DNA of 64,000 bases from an uncultured delta proteobacterium. GTDB lineage: Bacteria; Desulfobacterota; Binatia; UBA9968. Location of the stretch: contig CAVWLW010000030.1 in assembly GCA_963755715.1 (NCBI GenBank), forward strand, positions 45,585 through 109,584, read 5' to 3'. Each line of letters begins with the position of its first letter. Position 1 is the stretch's first letter. The translations under genes and the position numbers were made by a program. Positions 29,725 through 39,341 of the stretch are shown here, piece after piece. The notes below the pieces were generated by a model, which made no database searches, had not been told where the DNA came from, and was given only the letters and a program-made list of their open reading frames with translations.

Positions 29725-29926
29725 CCCAGTCTTCATTTATAAATGATAGAATTATGAAGCCAGTCGCGCGGCTGGAAAATTCGCCCGGTGAGACCGATGT
29801 TTCATGCGCCGGAAGACCTTGACTATTGAAGTCGATTTCGGTGATTATAGCGCTGCGATTATTGAGACCGCTTGATGACTATGGGAAACTACAAAGAAGT
29901 GATTCTGTTGATGCAAAGGACGACCC

Positions 29927-30382
29927 GTGCGCAAAGGCCATACATCGCGCAAGACCGGCGATCCTCTCGATAAGTCGGCGCGCGATTCGCGAGAAGTAAC
30001 CGTATCGACGACGCGGCGAAGGAACCGTCCACGCGCCGAGTCGTCGTCGCCCAATATTGACCTGACCCTGAAACATTTCCACCGTCGCAATGAAGGAGCG
30101 CTCACGTCGGGGGACGGCAAGAGGCTTTACCTACGAGTCGGCGATGAGGTCAATCACCTGCGTTATGAAGAGTGGGGCTTGGGAGTGGTAATGGAAGTGA
30201 TGACATCGTCGGTTCCGGGCGGCACCTGTCTCGCCCGCGTGCGCTTTCAAGACGGACAGTTACGCTGCTTTAACAACGATCTTGACAACCAGGCCTGTTG
30301 CTACTATTTCGGAGTACGGCGCTACTGGAACCCGACCGAAGGCGTCGAAGCCATTCGGACACAATTCTTTTTAAGGAGATAG
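29927..30382 (+). CDS. Hypothetical protein, DUF3553-like (start uncertain)
   Basis: LYLRVGDEVNH...WGLGVV...ARVRFQDG...CCYY, SH3/Tudor-like pattern. Confidence 0.6.
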   Translation: MRKGHTSRKTGDPLDKSARDSREVTVSTTRRRNRPRAESSSPNIDLTLKHFHRRNEGALTSGDGKRLYLRVGDEVNHLRYEEWGLGVVMEVMTSSVPGGTCLARVRFQDGQLRCFNNDLDNQACCYYFGVRRYWNPTEGVEAIRTQFFLRR

Positions 30383-30386
30383 CTTC

Positions 30387-30710
30387 ATGTCTACACGATG
30401 GAAATTCTTTGCCGCCGCCTTCGCCCTAGCTCTCACCTTTTTGTCGCCGCCTTCGCTAAAAGCGGAAGACGTCGTGGAAAATGCCGGTGTCGCCATCGGT
30501 GTCAGCATCGGAAATGTTCTTTTTCTGCCGATCAAAGCAATTTCGATGACCATGGGCGTATTCAGCGCCGGATTCTCCTACGCTGTCACCGGGAATGCCG
30601 ACCTAACCAAGCAAATTTGGCAGGACACAACCCAGGGCCCCTACGTGATTACGCCTGACCTCGCCCGTACCTCGATCGGGCAACGCCCGGAGCTCCTTGA
30701 GAAAAAATAA
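30387..30710 (+). CDS. Hypothetical exported/membrane protein
   Basis: AAGGAG RBS, signal peptide, hydrophobic hairpin. Confidence 0.65.
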   Translation: MSTRWKFFAAAFALALTFLSPPSLKAEDVVENAGVAIGVSIGNVLFLPIKAISMTMGVFSAGFSYAVTGNADLTKQIWQDTTQGPYVITPDLARTSIGQRPELLEKK

Positions 30711-30761
30711 AAAACGGCATGCAGCCTTACTCGAATGAGCATGGCAGCATGCCGTTTTTTT
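30709..30761. terminator. Bidirectional terminator between convergent genes
   Basis: AAAAAACGGCATGC...GCATGCCGTTTTTT inverted repeat. Confidence 0.7.
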
Positions 30762-30783
30762 CGCGTCTTGCCGTTCGTACCGC

Positions 30784-31518
30784 TTAAGCTAAATTTGTTT
30801 TGAAGAAGCTAACGGTTCTTCCCCATGCGTCCTTGGCCGCTTCGGGATTGTAGCGGTCTGCGTTGGTATTGTTGTTAAACGCATGTTTCGCGCCCGGATA
30901 AACTTTACAATCAAACTTTTTCCCCGCCTTCTGTAGCGCCGCCTTCAAAGGCTCCACGCCCGGCATGATGTTCGCGTCATCTTCGGCATAGTTCCCCATC
31001 ACCGAACAAGGAATGTTGGCGACGGAATCAAGTGGATCCGGGTTGCGGCCGTAGTAGACAACCGCAGCGTTCAGATCCTTGCTCTTGGTGGCGAAATTTA
31101 GCGACTGACCGCCGCCCCAGCAGTAGCCGACCACGCCGACTTTGCCGTTGACGTAGTTCTGCTTTTTCATATAAGCCACTGCTGACGCCAAATCCTCGGC
31201 CACCATGGTTCCGTTTACCTTCTGAATTTCTTTGGTGGCCTCATCACTGCCATTCCATTTGTCACTGCCACCGATCCGGCCCATGCAGTCCACCGCGATC
31301 GCCGCGAAGCCGTCTTTAGCGAAGTGCCGCGCCACGTCTTTGATATGACCCACGAGTCCCCGGTTTTCGTGAATCACGAGCACCGTACCCAGATTCGTCC
31401 CGCTCTTCGGCCGTGCTACATAAGCGTTGACGGTTCCGGCTTGACCGGGGAATGAGACCATTTCCGAGGTCAAACTGGAATCATTCGGATCGACGATATT
31501 TTCTATAGTCTGAGCCAT
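30784..31518 (-). CDS. Dienelactone hydrolase family protein
   Basis: IHENRGL, nucleophile GYCWGG, YPGAKHAFNN. Confidence 0.92.
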   Translation of the reverse strand: MAQTIENIVDPNDSSLTSEMVSFPGQAGTVNAYVARPKSGTNLGTVLVIHENRGLVGHIKDVARHFAKDGFAAIAVDCMGRIGGSDKWNGSDEATKEIQKVNGTMVAEDLASAVAYMKKQNYVNGKVGVVGYCWGGGQSLNFATKSKDLNAAVVYYGRNPDPLDSVANIPCSVMGNYAEDDANIMPGVEPLKAALQKAGKKFDCKVYPGAKHAFNNNTNADRYNPEAAKDAWGRTVSFFKTNLA

Positions 31519-31694
31519 TGTAAAACCTCCTTCAGCAAATTTTTAAATCATTCGCCCCAGCTATAGCTAAAAACAAAATTCAAATCCAGACCCATTTGCC
31601 GGATTGTAGGCCCTCAAAACAGCAACGGCGCCTTGACGGCGCCGCTGTTCGTGGAACTCGCGATTTTCTCTGAAACGAAGAAGGAATCAGCGTC

Positions 31695-32042
31695 TCACGC
31701 CGAGGTCGAGCTCGCGGCGGAAGATGACTTTTCACCGCTCGACGGAGTGCTCTCGCTTTTCTTACTCTCTGTCTTAGTTTCCGTCTTGGTTTCTTTGCTT
31801 TCTTTATTATTTGAATCCGCAGGCGACTTGGCGGTTTTATCGTCCTTGGCATCGCCGTTTTGGCCTTTACGCGCGTAGTCGGTGACGTACCAGCCGGTAC
31901 CTTTCAGTTGGAACGAAGTGTTCGAGATAAGCTTTTTGACTTTATTCTTACAAGTGGGACATTTGCTCAGCGACTTCTCGGTGATTCTTTGCGTGACCTC
32001 GAAGGTGCCGCATTTTTGGCATTGATACTCGTAGATAGGCAT
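31695..32042 (-). CDS. FmdB-family zinc-ribbon protein
   Basis: [12 protein letters not shown]...CPTC...[13 protein letters not shown] followed by a low-complexity tail. Confidence 0.92.
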   Translation of the reverse strand: MPIYEYQCQKCGTFEVTQRITEKSLSKCPTCKNKVKKLISNTSFQLKGTGWYVTDYARKGQNGDAKDDKTAKSPADSNNKESKETKTETKTESKKSESTPSSGEKSSSAASSTSA

Positions 32043-32124
32043 GAAAAATCCTCAACTTAGCTGTTTGTCGGATAACTTAACCACAGTCTTCGATGATGTC
32101 AATTGAAGCTCATGACGGCTCCAT

Positions 32125-32481
32125 TCACGCCCGCGCATTGCGGTCCGAGCCGTCTTCTTTGACATGCGGCCCGCCGAATCCTTCCGAGCGGTTGCCGAAC
32201 AGCACCAGCGGTTCCGTTCCGTTGTTGGTAATTTGATAATAGTCCTTGGCTTCCAAGAAAAGCACCTCATTTTTACGAATCGGCCGCTCCTCGCCTTTCA
32301 AACCTTTGACCACGCCGCTCCCGGACAAGACCAAAAAAGTTTCCGGATTGGCGTGGTAGTGCATATCCGTGCCGTCACCTGGAACGAAATAAAGCATCCA
32401 AGATCGGAAATTACCGGCACCGAATAAATGGATATTGCGTTTTTTTGTCGAAATCATTTCGTCGAGATTCTTTACGTCCAT
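32125..32481 (-). CDS. Cupin-domain protein
   Basis: PGDGTDMHYHANPETFLVLSGSG; the second cupin motif has Tyr where His is usual (KDYYQITN). Confidence 0.85.
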   Translation of the reverse strand: MDVKNLDEMISTKKRNIHLFGAGNFRSWMLYFVPGDGTDMHYHANPETFLVLSGSGVVKGLKGEERPIRKNEVLFLEAKDYYQITNNGTEPLVLFGNRSEGFGGPHVKEDGSDRNARA

Positions 32482-32624
32482 TGCGATCCTCCTTAGACTA
32501 ATTTTTTGATTCTAGCCTAGCTCTCTTGTTTTGAGCAAGCGTCGCGAATCGAGCTTGACAGCCAAATGGGGCTGCAATATTGGTGCTCGGTAAACCGTTT
32601 ATCTAAACGATGGAGGCGTTTCGC

Positions 32625-33368
32625 ATGCTAAAACTCAACGAGTCGCAAGCCGAAGAATTTATCGCCGATCTTGCCGCGAAATGCGACCGCCGCTGGAAGG
32701 AAACCGTCGATAAGACCCGTTTTATGGACGAGCTGCGCGAAGGCAAGCTAAAAAAAGCAACGCTGCAGCTTTTTTACAAGAACTGGGGCTCCTTTGTGCC
32801 GGTGATCAATTCGGTTTACACCTCGGCCTTTTATAAGCATCTCTGGTTTTTCGTTAAAAACGTCGACTTGATGGAGGTCTACACTCAAAAAGTTCTCGAC
32901 GAGTTCGGCCATCCTTGCCCGCCGGGGCATATTCAGATCCTGATGAGCACGGGCAAAGCCCTGGGTCTGAGTAAAGAGGAAGTGCTCCTTTCACCGATGC
33001 TGCCGGAGTGCCGGGCGCTGCCCGACTTTCATCGCACTCTGATCAACGACGGGCAGATTCAGGAGTATTGGTTTTCGGTTCTTTGGGAGCATCCCTTCGG
33101 CAATTCTTGTCTGGATTTTTTCAAAGCCCTCACCACGCATTACGGTCTCAGCACGGCCGACGCGAGTTATTTTTCCAAACATCACGAAGCCGACACCATG
33201 GATCATCTGGATCGAAAATCACACGGCGCGGTGACGCAGACGGTTTTGGTCCGGCTGCTGCAGGAAGGCATCAGCGAGCGGCCGGGCTATTCGGCGGAAT
33301 ACTGCGCCGTCACGCCGGCGGATTTGAACAAGATGTTCATGGACGGCTGCTATAAGGCAACGCATTAG
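32625..33368 (+). CDS. Heme-oxygenase-like diiron oxidase (PqqC/CADD/TenA superfamily), paralog A
   Basis: TRFMDELREGKL; DEFGHPCPPGH, LWEHP, YFSKHHEADTMDH..SHG ligand-like motifs; GGAGG RBS before ATG 32625. Confidence 0.78.
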   Translation: MLKLNESQAEEFIADLAAKCDRRWKETVDKTRFMDELREGKLKKATLQLFYKNWGSFVPVINSVYTSAFYKHLWFFVKNVDLMEVYTQKVLDEFGHPCPPGHIQILMSTGKALGLSKEEVLLSPMLPECRALPDFHRTLINDGQIQEYWFSVLWEHPFGNSCLDFFKALTTHYGLSTADASYFSKHHEADTMDHLDRKSHGAVTQTVLVRLLQEGISERPGYSAEYCAVTPADLNKMFMDGCYKATH

Positions 33369-33373
33369 TCGAA

Positions 33374-34456
33374 ATGCCGCGAAGCGAGAACAAAATGTCG
33401 TTGGCAGAGCTCAATCAGAAACTCAAAGAGCAAAATCTCATCGGCTACTGGACGATTCCCAATACCAGCACCGGCTTTCGCGAGCCGGAGCCGACCTTCC
33501 GGCCCTTCCTTTGGAAATGGAAGGAGATTCGCGCGGCGCTCGATCAAGCCGCGCAGCTTATCCGTCCCGAAGAAGCGTTCCGCCGATTTATCGGTTACCA
33601 GCACCCTGAATTGAAATTGGGCACGGCGCACACTCTGCTCATGGGTGCGCAAATGGTCCGGCCCGGCGAGTTTGCGCCGGCGCACCGTCACACCATGGGC
33701 GCGATCCGCTTCGTCGTCGAGGGCCACGGCGCGACAACCATCGTCGAAGGCGAGCCCTTGCCGATGGAGCCGGGCGATTTGATCACGACACCGAGTTGGA
33801 ATTGGCACGACCACGTCAATAGCGGCGACACACCGATCATCTGGCTTGACGGCGCCGACGGACCGATGCTGCACTATTATCAAGCCGGTTTTGCCAACCC
33901 GTTTCACGAGCGCCAACAGACCGTGAGCAAGCCTGAAGATTGGTCAAAAAAAACCTACGGCGCCTTGCGTCCGCAGTCCACGCCGCAACCGACGTCGAGT
34001 CTTTACCGCCCGCCCTATCGCTACGCCTGGAAAGACACGGAAGAGATTTTTGCAGCGATGGCTGAAGCGCCCGGCGATCCCTACGACGGAGTTTTGCTGC
34101 ACTATGCGGACCCGCTCAGCGGCGGGTCGACTTTGCCGACGATGAATTGCCAAGTGCAAATGTTTCGCCCCGGTGAGAAAGGCCGCTCGCATCGTCACAC
34201 ACACTCGGTCGTGTACCATGCTTTTCGCGGCTCGGGCACGACTTGGGTCGGCAATGAGAAATTCGACTGGCAGCAAGGCGATTCCTTTGTCGTGCCGCTC
34301 TGGAGCTGGCACGCCCATGAAAATAATTCGGGTGAGCCGGCGATATTATTTTCCATCAATGACCGGCCGGCGATCGAAGCGTTGGGGTTTTTCAGAGAAG
34401 AAACGAGGGAGAAAGTCTTACGTCAGCATCTCCAGTGTCAAACGGGTGTCACCTGA
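33374..34456 (+). CDS. Bicupin, gentisate 1,2-dioxygenase family
   Basis: PFLWKW, PAHRHTMGAIRFVVEG, WNWHDH, WLDGADGP; second domain SHRHT..., WSWHAH, DRPAIEALG. Confidence 0.88.
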   Translation: MPRSENKMSLAELNQKLKEQNLIGYWTIPNTSTGFREPEPTFRPFLWKWKEIRAALDQAAQLIRPEEAFRRFIGYQHPELKLGTAHTLLMGAQMVRPGEFAPAHRHTMGAIRFVVEGHGATTIVEGEPLPMEPGDLITTPSWNWHDHVNSGDTPIIWLDGADGPMLHYYQAGFANPFHERQQTVSKPEDWSKKTYGALRPQSTPQPTSSLYRPPYRYAWKDTEEIFAAMAEAPGDPYDGVLLHYADPLSGGSTLPTMNCQVQMFRPGEKGRSHRHTHSVVYHAFRGSGTTWVGNEKFDWQQGDSFVVPLWSWHAHENNSGEPAILFSINDRPAIEALGFFREETREKVLRQHLQCQTGVT

Positions 34457-34544
34457 GCGAATGCGAAGGGTCGCGTTCGTCGAATTCTCCTACCGTCAGA
34501 CACCAGAACTTTAGACTGCGATTCGAGTTTTTAGACAAGTGAAC

Positions 34545-35966
34545 ATGGCCTTCACTGACCTAAGAAACTTCATCGACGGCGCCGCGCGCATCGGCGAGCT
34601 GAAAGTCATCGACGGGGCGCACTGGAACCTCGAAATCGGCTGTCTGACGGAATTGATGGCCGAGCAAGAAGGACCGCTGCTGCTCTTCGACAAGATCGTC
34701 GATTATCCCGCGGGTTTTCGTATCGCGACCAACGCGTTGGCGACACCGCGGCGCTTCGCCCTGGCTCTCGGCCTACCCACCGATGTGCCGAAGCTGGAGA
34801 TTCTCAAAGCCTGGCGCAACAAGATTCGCGATCTCAAGCCTTTCGCCCCCGTCGAAGTTTCATCCGGCCCGATAAGCGAGAATGTTCTTGAAGGTGATCG
34901 CATCGACTTGGATATTTTTCCCACGCCCAAATGGCACGAGCACGACGGCGGGCGCTATATCGGCACCGGCGACATGGTGATTATCAAAGATCCGGATAGC
35001 GGCTGGATCAACGTCGGTACCTACCGCTCCTGCGTCGTTGCCAAGGATCGCGTTACGCTCTGGATCATCGAGCACAAGCACGGCAAACAGATCGCGCGCC
35101 GATATTGGAACGCGGGACGCCCCTGTCCCGTCGCCATCGTGCTCGGTTGCGAGCCCGCTACCTGGCTGGCTGCGCCGTCCGCCGCCAAATCCGGTGTGAG
35201 TGAATATGAATATGCCGGCGCGTTGCGCGGCGCGCCGCTCGAAGTGATCCGAGCGCCATTCACCGGACTGCCGATCCCCGCAACAGCTGAAATTGTCATC
35301 GAAGGCGAAATGCCCTCGCCCGAAGAAGAGTCGCACGCGGAAGGGCCCTTCGGCGAATGGCCGGGATATTACACTCATAGCGGCGATGAATGTGTCGTCC
35401 GCGTCAAGCGGATTCTCTATCGCAATGATCCGATCCTGCTCGGCAATCCGCCGCTTTTGCCGATCACCGAGCGCTATGGCATTCCGCTCTACGCCGCGCG
35501 CATCTGGGACCACTTGGAGCAATCCGGCATCTCGGACGTCCAAGGCGTTTGGTGCCATTGCCATACTTTGATGGTGGTCGTCTCTCTGAAGCAACGGCAC
35601 GCCGGGCAGGCATTGCAAGCGCTCACTGCGATCGCCGGCATGCAAACCGGCGCGAGCATGTATCGCTACTATATCGCCGTCGACGACGACATCGATCCGG
35701 TGGACCTGAAACAAGTCATCTGGGCCATGTGCACGCGCGTCGATCCGGCGGAGTCGGTGCAGATTCTTAAATCCTGGACCACCGATCTCGACCCGCGCTT
35801 GCCGCCGGACAAGCGCGACAAGGGCGATTTTACTATGAGCCGCATGTTGATCGACGCCTGCAAACCGTTTCATTGGCGCGAGCATTTCGCCGTCGCCAAT
35901 AAGTTCAGCGCCGAGAAGCGCGAGGAGATCTGGGAAAAGTGGGCGCCGAAACTTTTACTCAAATGA
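34545..35966 (+). CDS. UbiD-family prFMN-dependent (de)carboxylase
   Basis: DGGRYIGT, NVGTYR, AEIVIEG, EGPFGEWPGYY, VDDDIDP, WAMCTRVDP, LIDACKP. Confidence 0.92.
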   Translation: MAFTDLRNFIDGAARIGELKVIDGAHWNLEIGCLTELMAEQEGPLLLFDKIVDYPAGFRIATNALATPRRFALALGLPTDVPKLEILKAWRNKIRDLKPFAPVEVSSGPISENVLEGDRIDLDIFPTPKWHEHDGGRYIGTGDMVIIKDPDSGWINVGTYRSCVVAKDRVTLWIIEHKHGKQIARRYWNAGRPCPVAIVLGCEPATWLAAPSAAKSGVSEYEYAGALRGAPLEVIRAPFTGLPIPATAEIVIEGEMPSPEEESHAEGPFGEWPGYYTHSGDECVVRVKRILYRNDPILLGNPPLLPITERYGIPLYAARIWDHLEQSGISDVQGVWCHCHTLMVVVSLKQRHAGQALQALTAIAGMQTGASMYRYYIAVDDDIDPVDLKQVIWAMCTRVDPAESVQILKSWTTDLDPRLPPDKRDKGDFTMSRMLIDACKPFHWREHFAVANKFSAEKREEIWEKWAPKLLLK

Positions 35967-36026
35967 AGTTGTCGGGTTGACGTTTCAGCGCACATAAACT
36001 AAGGACTGAAACAAGGAGGACACATC

Positions 36027-36938
36027 ATGGACAAAGTAAACTTTCCCTATCGTTCGGACAGCCATCTGCCGTTTCTTCACGTCGTTCACGACTCGGGTTC
36101 CTGGGCGAAGCACGGCCTTGACGTGAATTACGACTACGAGATTACTTCGGAGGATTCGCACAAGAACGTCGCCAACGGCACGGTCGAATTCGTCGGCGGC
36201 AATCATCTTTCGCCTTACATTCGCCGTTCGATGGGCGACAAATGGGTTTACCTCGGCCAATCCGTGAGTTTGTTGAATCATCGGCTGGTCGTGCGCGCCG
36301 ACTCGGGCATCAACAAAGTTTCCGATCTCAAAGGCAAAAAAGTTGCGACCAAGGGCAAGCACCCCGGTTTGAATACTTGGCTCTTCATCAAGCAGGCCGG
36401 GTTGATCCACGAGTGCGAGGTGGAGAAAGCCAAGGGCAGTAAGTTTCACTGGGAAGCGGTGCGCGACGGCGAAGCTGATGCGGCGTTCGTCACGCCGCCG
36501 GCGGATATTCTGTCGAAACGCGCCGGCTTGAAAGTCATCGAGGTGCCGTTCTTGCCGATGGTGTGGTTCACCACGGTTTCGAGCGGGTTGCCCTTCGTCG
36601 AGAAACACCCGGATATAATCGACAAGATGCTCCGCGGCATTTGCGAGGGCATCGCCTATTTCAAAACGCACCGCGCCGAGTCGATCAAAATCATCAAAGA
36701 AAAATACAAGGCCGAAGGCGATCTCGACGACGAGACGGCGAGCCATCTGTACGACGACCTAAAGAAAGTCCTGCAGGCGAAGCCGTACGCGACGATTCCG
36801 GCGATCAGCAATGTCTACGAGATTTCAATCGTGCAGGACAAGGCCGCCGAAAAGACCGATCCGATGGCGCTGTGGGATTTTCACTATCTCAGACGCATCG
36901 ACGACAGCGGCTTTATCGATAATCTATATCGGACTTAA
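36027..36938 (+). CDS. NMT1/SsuA-like substrate-binding-fold protein without signal peptide
   Basis: KHGLDV, DLKGKKVA, VRDGEADAA, IDDSGFIDNLY; strong AGGAGG RBS, and the N-terminus MDKVNFPY has no hydrophobic leader. Confidence 0.8.
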   Translation: MDKVNFPYRSDSHLPFLHVVHDSGSWAKHGLDVNYDYEITSEDSHKNVANGTVEFVGGNHLSPYIRRSMGDKWVYLGQSVSLLNHRLVVRADSGINKVSDLKGKKVATKGKHPGLNTWLFIKQAGLIHECEVEKAKGSKFHWEAVRDGEADAAFVTPPADILSKRAGLKVIEVPFLPMVWFTTVSSGLPFVEKHPDIIDKMLRGICEGIAYFKTHRAESIKIIKEKYKAEGDLDDETASHLYDDLKKVLQAKPYATIPAISNVYEISIVQDKAAEKTDPMALWDFHYLRRIDDSGFIDNLYRT

Positions 36939-36948
36939 GACCTTCATG

Positions 36949-37017
36949 CTTCGACAAGGCTCAGCACGAACGGAGGATTCGGGTTCTTTTTTTCCGTTCG
37001 CCCTGAGCTTGTCGAAG
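36949..37017. repeat. REP-like inverted repeat pair
   Basis: CTTCGACAAGGCTCAGCACGAACGGA ... TCCGTTCGCCCTGAGCTTGTCGAAG, imperfect inverted arms in an intra-operon spacer. Confidence 0.75.
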
Positions 37018-37058
37018 GGCTCCGCTTTTCTTGTACTCAATCAACGGAGCAACAGCCG

Positions 37059-37832
37059 ATGACTGGCGTTACTCCTCAGCTCGGCGTCAAGATGAGCTCC
37101 AATGACGCCAGAGCGTACATCGACGAAGTCAACAAGAAAGTCATTCAGCGCTGGAACGAGCGAGTGACGCAAGGTCCCTTCATGAGGAAATTACTAGAAG
37201 GCACCTTGCCGATGTCGGCGATTAAGCTGTTCTTCAAAAATTGGGGCAACTTCACCGTCGAGATCAATACTCTGATATCCGTCTCGTATCATAAACATAT
37301 CGGCTTTTTTAAACGTCATCCCGACCTCATGGCACCGCTCGGCGTCAAGATTGCCGACGAGTTCATTCATCCCAAGCCGCCCGGTCATGTGCTCGTGATG
37401 CTTCAGACCGCCGAAGCGCTGGGGCTCACGAAAGATCAGGTGCTGCGCGAACCGATGCTGCCGGAGTGCCGCGCCATACTCGATTTCAAACGGCAGCTCA
37501 TGTGGGAAGGAACCGTCGCCGAATGGTGGTTTTCCATGCTGACGGAAGAGCCCATCGGTCACTGGTCGGCCATGTGGTTCAAAACCTTGACGCAGAAATA
37601 CGGTTTCAGTAAGGAGCAGGCCGTTTACTTCTCCACCCACGAGGAAGCCGACCTGAAAGAACACGAAGACGGCGTCATGGGTCATGGTAGTTTCAACAAA
37701 CTAGTCATGCAGCGCATCCTCGAAGACGGTTACGCCGATACGCGCGAAGGTTACAATCTCGAATACTGCGCCACTGCCGCCGTCGATCTCTACGGCGTCA
37801 TGCACCGCGCGGCGGCGGAGCTGGCGGAATGA
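37059..37832 (+). CDS. Heme-oxygenase-like diiron oxidase, paralog B
   Basis: PFMRKLLEGTL; DEFIHPKPPGH, LTEEP, YFSTHEEADLKEH...GHG; shares KNWG and PMLPECRA with paralog A. Confidence 0.78.
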   Translation: MTGVTPQLGVKMSSNDARAYIDEVNKKVIQRWNERVTQGPFMRKLLEGTLPMSAIKLFFKNWGNFTVEINTLISVSYHKHIGFFKRHPDLMAPLGVKIADEFIHPKPPGHVLVMLQTAEALGLTKDQVLREPMLPECRAILDFKRQLMWEGTVAEWWFSMLTEEPIGHWSAMWFKTLTQKYGFSKEQAVYFSTHEEADLKEHEDGVMGHGSFNKLVMQRILEDGYADTREGYNLEYCATAAVDLYGVMHRAAAELAE

Positions 37833-37853
37833 TCAACCCAAGAGAAATTTTCC

Positions 37854-38857
37854 ATGACAGCTTTGAGAATTTTCATTATCCGCCGTGTTCTTGCTTTTTC
37901 TCATCGGCGACTGCCCAGGCGCAAACGACCTCACTCGTCCTCGGCTACAGCGGCTCGGGCATCAGCACGGATCTGCGCCGCGTCATGGATCTGGAAAAAA
38001 TCTGGGAGAAGCACGGCCTCATCATCAAATCGGTCTACTTCAATAGCGGCAGCGTTCTCACCCAAGCGATGATCGGCGGGAACATAGCGCTGTCGGATTC
38101 CGGCGTGCCTGAAATGCTTGTCCTGCCGGTCTCCGGCGCATTCGAGACCAAAGTCATTACTGTCAATATCAATCGTCTCGAACATATTTTCGTCACGCGC
38201 AAAAACGTCGCAAAGCCCGAAGACCTGAAGGGCAAGCGCATCGCCGTGAGCCGTTTCGGCTCGGCGTCGGATCTCACGACGCGAATGGTGCTACGATCAT
38301 GGAAGCTCGACCCGGAAAAAGACGTTGCCTTGTTGCAATCCGGCAACACGCCGACCCGCATGACCGCGCTGATCGCCGGCCACGTCGACGGCGCGCTGGT
38401 GAGTCCCGAGAGTCTGCACAAGGTTTTGGCCAGCGGCTGCTGCCGATCTTTGGCCGATCTCTCCGAGCTGCCCCTCGACTTTGCCCGTTTCGGCGTGACC
38501 GTGCCGGCTTCGTTGATTCGCAACCAGCGCGACGTCGCGCGCCGCATCGTCATGGCCTACGTCGAAGGAATTCATGCATTTAAAACAAAACCCAAACTCG
38601 TTTACTCCGTGCTCGAAGAAGAAGGCATCAAGGATCCAGCCGTCGCTAAAGAAATTTATGCTCGGTTGAGTTTCAGCATGCGCGAATATCCGATTCCCGA
38701 AGCGAGCGGAATACAAAATGCCCTCGATTCGCTCGGTCACCCGAACGCGCGCAACGTGAAACCGGCCGGTGTGATCGACACGAGCCTGATCGAGGAAGTG
38801 CGGAAATCCGGCTTTATCGACAAACTCTACGGGCGAGCGCCGATGAATCAAAAATAA
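37854..38857 (+). CDS. ABC transporter substrate-binding protein (NMT1/SsuA-like); signal peptide region appears frameshifted
   Basis: Mature part from AQA-QTTS: DLKGKRIAVSRFGSASD, ALIAGHVDG, KSGFIDKLY; hydrophobic leader MTALRIFII is in another frame. Confidence 0.8.
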
Positions 38858-39309
38858 AACTCAGTGTTTGAAACCTGCCACGGTCGCGCGCCATCCCGCT
38901 TCGTTTTCATCGGCACACGGAAAGACACAACCCGTCGTATTTTTTCAAGACTTGTGATTAGAATTGAGAGCACGAAAGAGATTGTGGAAGTGATCACAAA
39001 GACGCCGAGCAGGCCTAGACCAGTTTCGAAGATTTGTTTGGAATCGGAGAGTTCGTCGCTGCCGTCGCGAAAAGCAAAATTCTTAACGAGCACGCCATCC
39101 TTTCTGAGATACAGTCCGAAGAGAATAAGAACAATTGGACTGAATAACGAAAACCACCGACCTAGTCTTAGACTTGACTCCCACGCTACCCCAGAATCCG
39201 AATTGTTGAGCACTCTCGCCAGCGAATCAAGCTATTCGCTGAGCCCGGAAGCCGGACAGTAGAGTCCAATGAATTTGATTCTTAAATTTTGTAGCGTCGT
39301 AGTTTTCAT
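38848..39309 (-). pseudogene. Degenerate membrane-protein gene (in-frame TAG at codon 26)
   Basis: ATG 39309 is in frame with the 38848-39213 ORF but interrupted by TAG; hydrophobic segments; AT-richer than its neighbours. Confidence 0.35.
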
Positions 39310-39341
39310 TTTAGGATGACTGTCGGTTTAAGATCGATTTT

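Noticed and set aside
30093-30106. AAGGAG followed by in-frame ACG as a non-canonical start for the DUF3553-like gene
   Set aside because: The upstream in-frame sequence (NIDLTLKHFHRR) looks like real coding sequence and an ATG exists at 29927; it cannot be supported without homolog alignment.
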